Source of the DNA: Raillietiella orientalis
Lineage: Eukaryota
Length of the DNA: 64,000 nt
Reading direction: 5' to 3'
Assembly: GCA_036172245.1 (NCBI GenBank)
Contig: JAYWIR010000006.1
Coordinates: 3,038,001-3,102,000 of the forward strand
Below, in pieces: positions 12,550-24,309 of the stretch; position 1 is the stretch's first letter; every line of letters begins with the position of its first letter. Both the position numbers and the translations under genes were made by a program. The notes below the pieces were generated by a model. That model did no database searches and was not told the DNA's origin. It saw only the letters and a list, made by a program, of their open reading frames with translations.

Positions 12550-14400
12550 ATTATAACCATGCAAACTTTTGGTACAGGAGATGAAGCTTAAAAGGCGGAT
12601 TTGAGCAGGCGGGGAAGGAGGAAGAAGGGAGGAGGAGGAGAAAAAGAAGAGGATTCCACCGTCCACTTCCTTCAAATGCCCCTTCAACTCTTGCGTCTTT
12701 TGGAAGCCCTCTCGCTTACAGACGACAGTCCATGTCCGATGCTTCCGGAGCTCGTCACGGGATGAGATGCTGGCGAAGAATGCCGCAGTGACGCCCGACG
12801 GGAGTTCCGCAAATCGCAGGAAAGGAATGGACCGACTGACGACTTCCGCTGGCGGCGGCACGGTTGAAGGGCCGCCGAGGAAGGACCGACTGACGCCCCC
12901 GCTGGAGGCTCCAGAGTTTTCTCCGACGCGCTTTCCTGTGGAAATTCGACTCTTTGTCACTCCTCCTCAGATGCACGGGGCGGTCCTGGAGACCCTGCGA
13001 CGACCACCCTCGCCCGAGCCGCTGCACCCCCTCTGGATGTGCGCCGATCCCCTCATCTTGACCGCCACTCTTCCAAACCGCCCCCTCCGATCCTCTAAGG
13101 GAAGGCGACGATTGTTGGCGCCCTGGGGAAGCTTTCGCTTTCACCAGCTTCCTGACAGGATGCCGATAGGGGCAGTCCTCCAGACCTGGGTCACCAGCTT
13201 TCTCGTCCGCTTGCCGCGACTGCTTGCCTGCTCTTTGAGTGGGACGGTCGGTGACCATGGAAGCGCGAGGTCACCGAAACAGCAACGATGAAAGCCAAAC
13301 CCTCGTGCAAAATACCCATTCCTCTCTGCGAGAGTGGGAGCGTTCGTGCCTGGAAATAGCCGGGCGATGCCCTTGGCAGCGTTCGAACCGGGAGGGTGGG
13401 GCCTTTGTGGCCTGGCAGCTAAAGTGGGATTTCCCCCCTTAGGGGAGGTCACCTCTTCCGCCCCCTGTTCTCTTCCGTATCGTTCTATCTTTTTGCAGGG
13501 CTAGTTGCAACGTCATGACCACCGACACGGCGTCCCCAGACTGGTGGAAGGGCAAGTGCCTAGGGAGGACGAGTTATTTCTAAGTCGCTACGTCACGACG
13601 CTCGGGCTGAACGAGGTGTGCCAGGTGACCCACAACCTGCAGATCACGGATAATGATAACAGCATCAAGCTACACAGAGATGAGGTATCCTCGTGCGAAT
13701 CCGTTCCCTGCCAACACCGGCGGTGTTCTCTTCCAGATTACCATACAGACCAGCGAATAGGTCTCCGGCATTCCCTCCTTTCAAACTTTCTCGAGCAGCC
13801 CGTTGGTCAGTGCAATGCACGGTGGAGGAAGGTCCGCCCGATGCTCCCAATGCATTAGGTGGGGGTATCGGACAAGAAGCATCGTCTTCCTCGAGCCCCG
13901 TCGGCAAGCGCTCGTAAGGGAATGGAGCGTCCAGCACGACGACCGCCTCTCCCCTGCCCTGGCGCACTCGAATGGGTTTTGTCCTCGGATCTGTTCTTGT
14001 AATGGACTAACTGACGGGTGTCGACTCCCAGTGATCAGAGCTCTCGACCCAGGCCACTGACCTCATCCCGCTTCTCCTCAGCCACCTCCCCGTTGTCCTT
14101 CGGATGGCGTCCCAGGTTTTCCCGACCTCTTCCAGATTTCTTCCATGGAGAATCTGCAGGGTGCCAGTGAGAGGCATCCGCAAGGCAGGAGGTCGGTCAC
14201 GCAGGATGGATGGATCTTCGGCGAGCCTATGATGAGCTCCGTCGAACGGAAAGAGCCTCTAGGCGGTTGCCACGAAGCGCTTATACTGAGCGACGGGAGG
14301 TCTTTCTCAGACTGCGAAGGGCTCTTCGGTCGAAAGCGGCCGGGCGGGGTCGCTCCCGTCATGCGTCTCTCTCACGTGGACGGGGTCCGCTGCACGCCCC
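12550..14400 (-). mobile_element. Decayed R2-superfamily (REL) non-LTR retrotransposon fragments
   Basis: VIIRDLQVVG (cf. R2 VIVDVQVVS) at ~13650; EHRADLPPPC (cf. ET.AHILQ.C); RKLVTQVWRTAPIGILSG linker; VTKSRI...NSGASSGGVS and DELRKHRT..VCK (RT start). Many stops and frameshifts. Confidence 0.55.
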
Positions 14401-14439
14401 GCGGAGATCGGAAAACTCCGCTTCCCAGGCCCGCGTCCG

Positions 14440-15140
14440 GGGACCGCGTGACTGGGACTCGTGGCATCGAGAGTCGCAGGTTCGAATCCCGCCTGGGGAA
14501 GGAAGGATCGGAGCAGAGAAATGGGAAGTGCGTCGTGGGTTGCGAGTTCCCCCACCCACCCACCCCCCGCAGGACGACGCTGGCTGGCCCACGAACTTCG
14601 GGTGAGGCACTGGTGGAAGCCGGAAACCCCGGGATGCTCCCGTTGACTAGTCTCTGGGACCGGAAGTCGAGCCTCCAAGGTCCCTATGGGAATCGAGGTT
14701 TCCTTGAGAATTCCTCCATCTCGCACCATGAAACTGGTGGATTGATTCCCCTCCAGAGTGTCCAAGAATCTCACTGATTCCTTCGGGATCTTCAGAGGAG
14801 TACCAGCAAGGCGTGGTCCCTTCGCAGGTTTTCTTCGAAGGATCGATCCCTACAAACCAAGGGGTCCCTCCGGAAGAACAGGGGCGAAGGTTCCCTTCGA
14901 GATTCCTCCCTCAAGCGTGGGCGGAACGAACCCCTTCCTCCGGAGTCTTTTCTGAATTCATGGGTTCACAGAGTTGGACTCATAGAGTGGTCCCTAGGGG
15001 GTATAGGGGTTACCCTGTTAGACATCGAGTCATCGGGGTTACCCCCTATAACTCGATGAGTGACGCGCACCCTAGGGTGGCGTGGACAGCATCAAAGAGC
15101 TCCCGAGGAGGCGGATGGTTCTTCAGCACCCTTTGAGAAC
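14440..15140 (+). mobile_element. tRNA-headed SINE-like repeat, copy 2
   Basis: B-box ggttcgaatccc (14479); gacgctggctggcc..ttcgggtg..ctggtggaagc; 3' gggtggcgtggacagcatcaaagagc..ggttcttcagcac. Confidence 0.7.
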
Positions 15141-15199
15141 CCCCTGAAAAAGAAAAAGAAAGCTGGCAGGAAGAGAGCGAAACCAGAACTCCAAAGCGA

Positions 15200-15415
15200 A
15201 GCTGGCAGAAAGGAAAGAGGAAGGGAGGAAGAGAGGAGGAGAACTAAAAGAAGGAGAGAGGAAGAGGAGGAAGGGAGGGGAAGGAGAACTAAAGGAGGAG
15301 GAACAGGAGGAGGAAGAGTGAAAAAAGGGAAGGAGGAAAGGTGGAGGAAGACGAGCTTGTTTCTGAATCTCCACACCAAGGATGGGGCGGACCTCATAAC
15401 CACTGCAGGAATTCC
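15200..15415 (+). repeat. Second copy of the GA-rich tract plus tail
   Basis: Same motifs as 11920-12210. Confidence 0.8.
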
Positions 15416-15614
15416 CCATCATCCCGGGTCAATAGTAAGGATCTCCCCGTGAGGTCGCAGCTGGTCTTTGCTTAAAATAAAAAAAAAGGGAAAAATTCTG
15501 CTTGCGAGTTCCGGCCTGGGCAAGCTGATCCAGGTTCCTCTGCGCCGCCACAGGGGAACAGGCGGCGGCTCCCCGCCGAAGGCGAGGATGACCGCAGGGA
15601 GGACCTCACTTTAA

Positions 15615-16690
15615 CAAGTACGTTTACTCGTGCTTATTAACATACATGTGATTCATGTGATTAATGATACATCTATTGTGTACACTGATGTATATTATAT
15701 ATATGTTATGTACATTCATACATAGATTAATATGCAAATTTATTTTAACACACGTATTTATTCGTACTTACTAGCATACGTATTCGTGATAGTAATTTTA
15801 ACATATGCATATATGTGTATAATTCGATATACATATTAGTTTAATACATGGCTGGTGTATATTGGAACATATGTATATCTACATATATAGTAAACATATG
15901 TGTTTAGTTTTTATAAGTTTCGTAACATGCATTACTAACGAATTTAATAACTACGCGTGTTAGAATAAAGTTGCATATTAATCTATACATGGATATATTA
16001 ATCTATTCATACATTAGTATGCATAATATATAGATTTAACAGAAATTTATATATGGATAAACAGAAATTTATATATGTTTACGTATGACAATAACTATGT
16101 ACTGAACTAATATATAGTATCGGATTATAAACATATATACATATGTTAAAATTACTATCACGAATACGTATGTTAGTATGTATTAATAGGTACATATGTT
16201 CAAATGAATTTGCATATTAATGTGTATGCAAATATGTGTATTAATATACATAACAAGCATGTATATTTATTTTCCACAGTCTTTATAATATACATTTATC
16301 TCTATATTGATGTATATAATGGACACATTATAAATCGTATACATGTTAATCAGTATCAATAAATATATGTGTTAAAATAATATTGCTAGTAATCATGATA
16401 AATACGTGTGTGAAAATACATATGCATATTAATCTGTATACAAATACACATATCAATGCACATAACACATATATAATGCACATTAACATACATCACACAA
16501 CATTATACATACATAACATATACATAATATACATTAACATATACAATAGACATATTATTAATTATGTTAATCATATGTGTGCTAAGCAGTATTAATAAAT
16601 GCATATGTTGAATTAGTGTTTATGTGTGAGAATATATATTGATCCATATGTAAATGTATGTATCAATAATGTGTGTAGTGAACACACGTG
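15615..16690. repeat. AT-rich island with a long imperfect inverted repeat and degenerate subunits (foldback/MITE-like)
   Basis: 15771-15849 (ctagcatacgtattcgtgatagtaattttaacatatg...) is the near-exact reverse complement of ~16097-16177. The tgcatattaat module recurs at ~15972, 16211 and 16423, and inverted at ~15726. Confidence 0.85.
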
Positions 16691-16999
16691 TCTCTCTTTT
16701 ATGGCCTTTCGGGATTCCGGTCGACCGGGATGCGACCCGCACTGCTAGGGATGACTCCTGGAAGGCTGCTGCCTGCTGCTGGGGGGCAGCCAGGCGGAGA
16801 GGCTCCAGAGGGTGCCCATTCCCGGAAGGTGGCGGCAGAGGAGGGGCTGCAGCAGCAAGCCGAGGTACCAGGAAACCCGCAGCAGGACCGCTCCCCCCCG
16901 CACGACCGAGGCTCCAGGAGTAGTAGAAGTAGGCCGGTTCGTTCCCTCCCCCTCCTTCCAGGCAGGTAGCTCCCCGCCTTCCGAGAAACGCTCCTAGGT

Positions 17000-18300
17000 G
17001 TTGCTGGGAGGAGGGCGTCCTGGCCTACTTCCGGCTCTTCCGGCCATCCGCTCGACCGGGAAGACCAGGAATGTGGACCTCTGTCGCTGTCGGACGCGCT
17101 TTTCCCCTTGCCCCCCCCCCTCTCCCTCCGTTCACTGCTTTGGAAAGAGGGCGAGGCAGCCGGCGGCGTGCTCGCAGAGGAGGAAGTCTTCCCTCCCCTT
17201 CTCCTCTCTTCCTCCCGGGAACCGACCCGGAAGCTCCAAGGAGTTCCGCCGGTCTCCCAAGTGGAAGGAGCAGGGACGGAGCGGAGTTGGCCGCGCGGCG
17301 CCCTCACGCTGACGCGAGACGCAGCAAACGGTGGGGGCAGGGGAGTGAGTGAGAGTGGAACGTAGCCCCCTGCCTCCGCGACTTCTGGACCGGCTATCCG
17401 TCTCCCTCTGCTGCGTATTTCCAGGGACACCGTCCCCTTCCCGGCCTGTCGCGTAGAGACCTTCGCCTCCCTGATCTCTCAGCTTCTCTCCGGGTCCAAC
17501 GATCGCCAGCATCCCCCTCCCTTGGACCATGTGCAGCCCAGCATCAGGAGTCTTTCATGGCCACAGGCGAGTTCTCGGATGGGTCAGAGTGGTCAGTTCG
17601 TCTTCCTTCCCGACGCCCGAGATCTGGCCGGAGGTCCCCCCAGGGCAGGCCGAAGGTCACCAGCTGCCGATGCTTCCAGGCAACCACCCTCATCTAGACT
17701 CCCAGTTCCCAGCGCGCTCTGGCGATGGAGCCCGGGCCTCTCCTGCTGTGGTTCGGGAAAGGGGGGGTGCGCGAGGGCTTCCCCTCGGGCTAAGGAAACG
17801 TAGTGATCACCGGGAAACCGGGAGAGCGCCCTCACCCGTGGCGTTGGTTCAGCTCAGGACTTCGCCCCGAAGTCTTCGTTGAGCCGCAGGAGCACGTCAG
17901 GACGGGGGTCATCTCCACTGATGCTGGAGGCGGTCATCCACTCCTTTCGATCCAACGCCCGCGATACCTTCGAGGGACGTTCCTGACCTTTGCCCTTCCG
18001 CTCCGCCACCACGGAGGATGCGGGCACGGGATGCTCGCCTTCTTGGCCCTGGGGGCATCTCCAGACTCCCGCCAGCAAGACCGGGCCAGCAGCCGAGGGG
18101 GAAGCCCGCGGGCGATGCGAATTGCACTCCGAAGAACCCGCCGGAGACTGACCTCCGTGCTGACGATGTCCTCATGCACCATTCCGGGACCTGTTCACGA
18201 GCACTGTCGGGCGTACCCAGGGCACACTGCTTGACCCCTTGGGATCAGCCCCCAGGCATGCTACTTTAAAAATAGGGAGATGCAGCCGACAGAGACCAGG
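17000..18300 (-). mobile_element. Decayed R2-superfamily non-LTR 3' half
   Basis: LRSAIRIARGLP (thumb region), KGKGQE...KEWM...DVLLRLN, EALAH (knuckle trace), KTPD and KY traces, in the expected order. Confidence 0.4.
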
Positions 18301-19853
18301 CAGCGACCTTGCACAGGAAGCCCAGCTAGTCCGTTGCCCGGGATCTCTGGCCCTTCCCGCTCTCTTTCCTCTGGGGCGTCCGATGGCATCCCCGAGGGAA
18401 ATTTCCGCCTCTCCGAAGGCACGTGGGGCTCCCCTCGCCGTTCCTGAGGTTTGCCGGTTTTTATTGGAAGGAACGGAGGCATATTGCGGGCGGGTGGGCA
18501 GAGGGTCCTCAGGGTCGTTCATTCCCGGAAGGGGGAGGGAGAGTAGGGTCGCAGGGGCAAGTCGAGGTCCTGGGAACTCGCTGCCCGTCGCGGGCGAGGA
18601 TTGCAGTTGCAAAGACGTGACGACAGAGGGAAGAAGGAAAACGGAGTCTGTGACCTCGTCGGTCGATCCCATGGCCCCTGCAGCGCGATACGGTGCCGGG
18701 AACCCTCCCGCCTCCATGGCAACGGCTCAGGTGCGCGAGCCGGGGAGCCGAAGAGGAAGAAAGGCGAGGAATGGAGTTCTGCCCTCTCTCTCTCCGAGCT
18801 GACCTGAGGCTGTGAGGCACCCGGGGAGGGACCGCAGGAATCCGTGTTGATGCCGCAGTCCGGTCCAGCAAAACGCAGCTCCATCTCGAAGCTCCTCCGA
18901 GATGACGATGGTGGATGTGATCCACGGAAACAAACATCCCGTGCCCACTGGCTCGCCGCTCCACGCCAGTCTATCCCTTCTGGAGTTGCTGCTGGTCCGC
19001 CCGATCGGAACAGCCAACTCGGTGGGTGCATACGCCCTCTGCCTGTCTGTGAGGAAAGAGGCCGGTCGAGGAGGACTGTAGGGGCGACGGGGGCGGCAGC
19101 CTGCCTCCGGCCGTTCCCGGTCGGCGTTCGTGGGCGCCGAAAAGACGTGGGAAGCTTCCGTTGTCCCCAGGGTTGCCAGAGAACGCGCAGGTCACCTCGA
19201 GGAAGGGGAATGAAGAGCGGCTCCTCCACTTTCCCCTCCCTTCAAGTTCAAACCGTGTCGAGGCGCTCCCCGCAGTGAGTTGGGCGCCAGACGCGTCCGC
19301 CTTCGGCTCGCGCCAGCTCCCAGCGGGAAAAACAAGGAGTGGAGAAGCTCCCAGCTCCCGCTCCTTCCCATGGAGGAGCCGTCCTGCAGCCAGCCCACTC
19401 TCTGCCGCTCCTTCGCCTCGTTCCAGGCGCGCGCGCAGGAAGGTGCGGACGGAAGGGACGCACCGGCAGGGCCTCGGAGGCTGCTGCCCCAGAGAGGGGC
19501 GGTGGAGTCTCCGGGAAACCGGGAAGGCTGTGTCAACCGGAGAACATCTCCAGGTCCGGCTGCAAGCGTCCCGAACGCCGTCGTCGTGCGTCGCGGTGAT
19601 GTCTCGAGGGCAGGGCAGACCTGGGGGGTGGACGGAAAAGGAGAGAGGCCGCTTCCCTTTGACCCTCGGGGGGGAGGGAGGAAACCGAAAGCGAGTTGAG
19701 GCTTCTCTGGCCGCGGAGCGTTTTTGGCGGAACGGTCGGCTTCCCTTTTCCGCCCTCCCGGAACGGGAGCAAGCGCCCTCTACTCCCTCCCCTCCTCCCC
19801 TCCCCTTTCCGGACAGGAAAGGAACCGGGAAAGTCCTCTCTGGAGGGACTGCT

Positions 19854-21082
19854 TTATTGAGAGTGGGCGAGGCGGCGGCTGGACAGCTTCCTGGGCAAGC
19901 AGACATACTTTTGGCACTCCTGAGGACTGGACTCTTCGAAGGCCAGGAAGTACTTCTTCAGCCTCCTCGGGACGAACCTGATGATGATCCTGGAACGGAG
20001 GTGCGGGCGGACTCTCACGCTTCCCCGGCGGCGCACAGGGACTCACTGGTTCAGCTCCAGCTTCCGGTAGAAGGTCTTGTTGACGCCGTTCATCTGGCAG
20101 AGCACGCGCTCCACGCACTGCTGGCCGAGATCGTGAGCCTCCGCCAGGGACTTCAGGATGAGGGACCACCGCTCGCTGTCGATGGGCTGGAAGTCGTTTC
20201 CTGGGGGTGGGGGATGTCACAGGGTGGTCACCGGTCGATGGAGACGGGTGGCACGCGAACACCCCTCCGTGGCAGCAGGAGTTTCCCTTCCCCCCTCCTT
20301 CTTCCCCGAGGGCGACTCGGATGGTCGCAAGGCGCAGAGATGGCGGTTCACCTTCCCCGCCCTTTGCCCCCTTCCCGCTCCGCCGCTCACCTTCGTCCAG
20401 GGAACGCCTTCTCCTTCCCGAGTCGGGGACGATCTGCAGGTTCAAAGGGAAGAGGGTCAGGAGCGAGGAGAGCAAGAGCACGGCGACGACGGCATGGGCG
20501 ATAGGCAGGGCGATCAGGATGCCCCGCAGGGCCATCTCTCTTTGCGAGAACTCGGGCATGAATTCGTCATCCATGTAGAAAGGTTCCTCTTCGGGGAACT
20601 GCGGGGCGGCGAGATGCCACGTGGCCTGAGCGAGCAGCACCGCAAGCAGCGGTCTCCAGGGCGACGGTCTCTTCTGCAACGAGTCCGGGGGTGGGTGGGG
20701 CTCAGCTGAGAGGGGGGGAAGGGAGGCGACCCGAGGTCGAGAACGCCTTTTTCTCCGAGGGCAGGGGTGGGCGACGGCACCTCGAGACCTCTCCTCCCTC
20801 GGGAGGGGGGAAGGACGTCGGGACTCCTCCAGGGACCAGGGACCTCCACCGGACGCCGTCCGGGTTCCCCCTTCCCTTCCCTGCGCTTCCCGGAAGAGGA
20901 AAAGGAGGAAGGGCACAGGGAGGAGGGGCGAGGTGCCGGACTTTCTCGCCTCCCTCCTGCGGCGACCCCGAACGGATCAGTGCTGGAGGACTCCCGTCGG
21001 GTTCCCTCAAGGTCTCGTGGAGGAGCAAGGAGGACACGGGTGTAGGGTGCGTGGAGACGGCACTTACGTGATGTTGCTGCAT
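19854..21082 (-). CDS. Cluster gene B: signal peptide + hydrophobic segment + RRRRS + DM4/DM12-like 4-Cys domain, 195 aa; complement(join(19854..19989,20047..20200,20391..20673,21068..21082))
   Basis: gccgccATG MQQHH|gtaagt. Exon 2: KRPSPWRPLLAVLLAQATW...LRGILIALPIAHAVVAVLLLSSLLTLFPLNLQIVPDSGRRRRSLDE (phase 1, gtgagc). Exon 3: ...QQCVERVLCQMNGVNKTFYRKLELN (phase 2, gtgagt). Exon 4: IIIRFVPRRLKKYFLAFEESSPQECQKYVC...*. All junctions canonical, 588 nt total, AATAAA overlaps the stop. Confidence 0.9.
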
Positions 21083-21256
21083 GGCGGCTGGGGCGGAGAA
21101 GAGGAGGAGGAGGAGGAACGGAGCTGCGAAAGACGACGACGGCGGCGGAGGCTCTACAAGTGACTTCGGCAGCGGCGGAGGAGATGGCACATGGCCGGGA
21201 ACGACACCACGGATAGGAACCAGCCTGGCTGGATGCACCCGGTGACGTACGCCGAA

Positions 21257-21263
21257 TTATATA
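21257..21263 (-). promoter_or_regulatory. TATA box (TATATAA) of gene B
   Basis: ~175 nt upstream of the ATG at 21082. The motif is near-symmetric, so orientation is inferred from the gene. Confidence 0.5.
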
Positions 21264-22623
21264 AATGTACAGGTAACGGGACCGGGAAGCAAAAAACAAC
21301 TCGCGCATTCCTCGGAACTGGGTCTCCGGAAGTCGCGCGCGGGGGGAGGCGACGAAAAGGAAGGGAAAAAAAACGCGCTATAAAACAACCTGAGGGGGGG
21401 AAGAAGCGAAGGAGAGGAGGGAGAGGAGGAGGGGGAAGAAGAAGGGGGGGAGGAGGAGGGGAAAAAACAGGGAAAAAAGGCCGAGAAGAAGACGGAGGAG
21501 AAGGAGGAGGGCGGAGATGGGAAAAGGAGCAAAAAAAAAGAGTGCACGACTAAGGCGTCAGCAGGAGGAGGAGGCGGGGGGAAAGCAGCACGTGGCCTCC
21601 CGTGCGCAGGCGCGCTCGTGGGAGGGTGGCGCTCTGTCGTCAACGACCACGATGGCAGACGCCCCGCGCTTTCCTCTTCCTCCTCCTCTCCTCCCTCGCC
21701 GGACTCTCGTCGGTGGCTCGGCTTCCATCTCCTGAAGCAAACGATGACGCCGGGAGAGAGCGTGTGTGGTAAAAGGGCGGAGGAGACAGAGGCAACAAAC
21801 GACCTCTCCCTCCTCCGAGGGTGAGGGGGGGAGAAGCGAAGAACCGGGAGACCACCACGAGAGGTGGGCGAGGCGTCTGGCCAGTAGGCCACCCGGATAA
21901 CCTCGCGCCGGCACTCGGAAGAACAGTCTCGGGGCTGCCGTCGTCTGGCGGCGCTGTCGACAGCGGGTCGTCAGCCGCCCGTCTCTCCCCTGGCGGGAAT
22001 GCCATCCTCCCCGTAGGGAAGAGAGTTGGGCGAGATGGACGATGGCTAGGCAGCAGCCACCTCAGCGGCAGTCTCGTGACCCCTTCTTCCGACGAAGGTG
22101 GAGGAGAGAGAAGAGGTTAAAGGGCCAAGGACCTTGGCCCCATCATCACTGCCCCCCAAAACATCGAGGGGTGCGTGACCGCTTGCTCATTTTCCTCGCG
22201 GGGTGGGCAGTAGGTAATGAAGGGAAGAAGGATGCCCGGATGACCACCTCGTCATCCGTCGCCAGCGGTGGTGCAAAGCTGCGTCCCGTCCCGGAAGGTC
22301 TGGCCTGCAGCTTTGCCCCACCTACCTCTACCGAAGAATTCAGGAGACGACGAGCGAAGAGTAGGGGGGTGAGGTGGGCCGTAGGGCCTTTGCTGCACGA
22401 TTTCGAGTTGGTCAGAGCAAGCGTCCGCCTCTATCTTCCCTTCCCTTCGGGGCTCCCCGCAGCCGTAGGAAGGCGGCCCACGGCAGGAGAGGCTCGCGAG
22501 CAGCAGACCGGCCCACGAACGAGGAAAGTGGATGAGTCGTCCCCTTTTATTGACTCGTCGGAAAAGCCTGGAGCTCCCGTGGCCTTCTGAAGGGTCTCTC
22601 TCCTCACGGGCTCGTTCTGGCCC

Positions 22624-23868
22624 TCAGCCCTGGAGGATGGATCCTTTCTTCCTACGGGGGCGGCATGAGTACCGCCGGCACGCCTCGGGAGCGGACTCCT
22701 GGTAGGCGGTGAGGAGCTTCCGGTAGCGCTCGGGTACGAGTCGCTGGACGACGCTGCAACAGAAAAAGGATAGGCTCTGGATCAGCGCGTCGGCGGAAGC
22801 TTTCCGAGATAGAAGGGAGGAGAGAAAAGGCATGAGGGTAGGGACAGGGAGGAAAAAGAAGGGATTTTCCTCCTCCCTCCTCCCCTTTCTCAACCGCACA
22901 AGGTGGTATCGAGGCGAAATGGGAGGAGATAGGGGGGTAGAGGAAGGGAAGAAGAAGCCGCGACACCCCTCCTTAGGAAGCGAGCCCAGGAGGTGGACGG
23001 ACGGGAGCCGAGGAAGAAGCCTGTAGGGGCCCATCTGTCTCTCTCCCGGCGGGGAGCGAAAGGACGCTCTCCGACTGGTATGGAGGCCATGAAGAGGGGA
23101 CGAGGAAGGAGGACTAGGTAGGTAAGTCGCGGGGAGTGGGAAGGCAAAGGGATCGCCTCGGCCCAGTAGAGGGTCGGAGAGAGGACGGAAGGGTCAGGGA
23201 TCACTCGAAGTCTCCCTTACCTGTGCAGGCCCAGCGCTCGGTAAAAGCTCTTGTTGACCCCCTTCATCTGGCAGAGGGTCCTTTCGACGCACTCTCCGCC
23301 GGTCTCCGCGGCGCGAGCCAGGGACTCCAGGACTTCGGACCATTCCCCGACCTCGAGGGGCTGCAGGGCGTCGTTCCCTGCTGGGAGCAAGGCGGTGGAT
23401 CGCTCGCTCGCACTCTCCACCCCCTTCCCTCCCTCGACCCAGTGCCCTCATGGACTCACCGCTCTGAAAAGAGCGCCTCTTCCTCTTCCGGTTCTCGAAG
23501 ATCTGCAGGTCGAGCGGGAACAGCGTGAGGAAGGCCGGGAGCAGCAAGGCCGCCACGATGGCGTGCAGCAGCGGCCAGGCGATCAGCGCGCCCTTCAGCA
23601 CAGCGGTGTCCGTACCAACGACTGCCTCGGATTCGGCCTGGGGGATGTCCGGCGGTAGCAAGAAGATGCCTTCCTGGAGGTCGGGCTCGGGACCGGCCCC
23701 AATCGCGGCGCCGTGCTGCTGCGGGTACGGGGCGTCCGCCGGAAGCAGGTAGGATGGCACCCCGTAGGTATGGCCCTCGGCCGGAGTCGCGGCTCCCAGG
23801 AAGAGCAGCAGGGTCCAGGAGAGGAGGCGAGAAGGAGGAGCGTTTCCTCGGAGACGGTGGCTGTGCAT
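22624..23868 (-). CDS. Cluster gene C: same architecture, ~231 aa; complement(join(22624..22753,23221..23377,23460..23868))
   Basis: Signal-like LLSWTLLLFLGAATPAEG; LKGALIAWPLLHAIVAALLLPAFLTLFPLDLQIFENRKRKRRS with phase-1 gtgagt donor. Exon 2: GECVERTLCQMKGVNKSFYRALGLH (phase-2 gtaagg). Exon 3: VVQRLVPERYRKLLTAYQESAPEACRRYSC...*. Clearly paralogous to genes B and E with identical intron phases. Confidence 0.9.
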
Positions 23869-24309
23869 CGGGGCTCCTTCTTCGGCCGCGAAGGGGGACG
23901 AGGAAAGCGGCGCGAACGCACAGGCGCGGATTCCCAGGCGAACAGTGGACGGGAGGGAGGAGGTCGTCGCTTCCGGACTATGTCTCCTAGGCGACCTGCC
24001 TCATGAGACGCCTCGATGAGCTCCATAGCAGCAGCCGCCGCGCGCGCGCGCAGACACGGAGGCGCGCACCTCCTGGCCTCTGCGACCAACAGGGGACGCC
24101 TTGCACCGCATGGCGACCCGAGGAGCCGGCGGGGAAGGGCGCCATTTCCGTCGCCACATCAGACCGCCGCCATCCGCAAACATCCCGCTCCCCCTTGCCT
24201 TCTTTCCTCTCCACCTTCCCCCGCACTCGACAGTCGCCGTAAGCTACCAACAGCTAGCTGAGGACTCATCCTTGGTCTCCAGACAGCTGCCCGCCGGTCA
24301 CTCATGTCT

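Noticed and set aside
14455..14500. tRNA genes at GGTTCGAATCCC motifs (also ~1373, 38857, 42728, 60643)
   Set aside because: No closing acceptor stem or clean cloverleaf; each continues into the same repeat body, so these are SINE-like heads.
19161..20504. 447-aa plus-strand ORF and the overlapping 378-aa minus ORF
   Set aside because: The plus ORF is antisense to gene B. The minus ORF is coding only over exon 2 and reads through introns.
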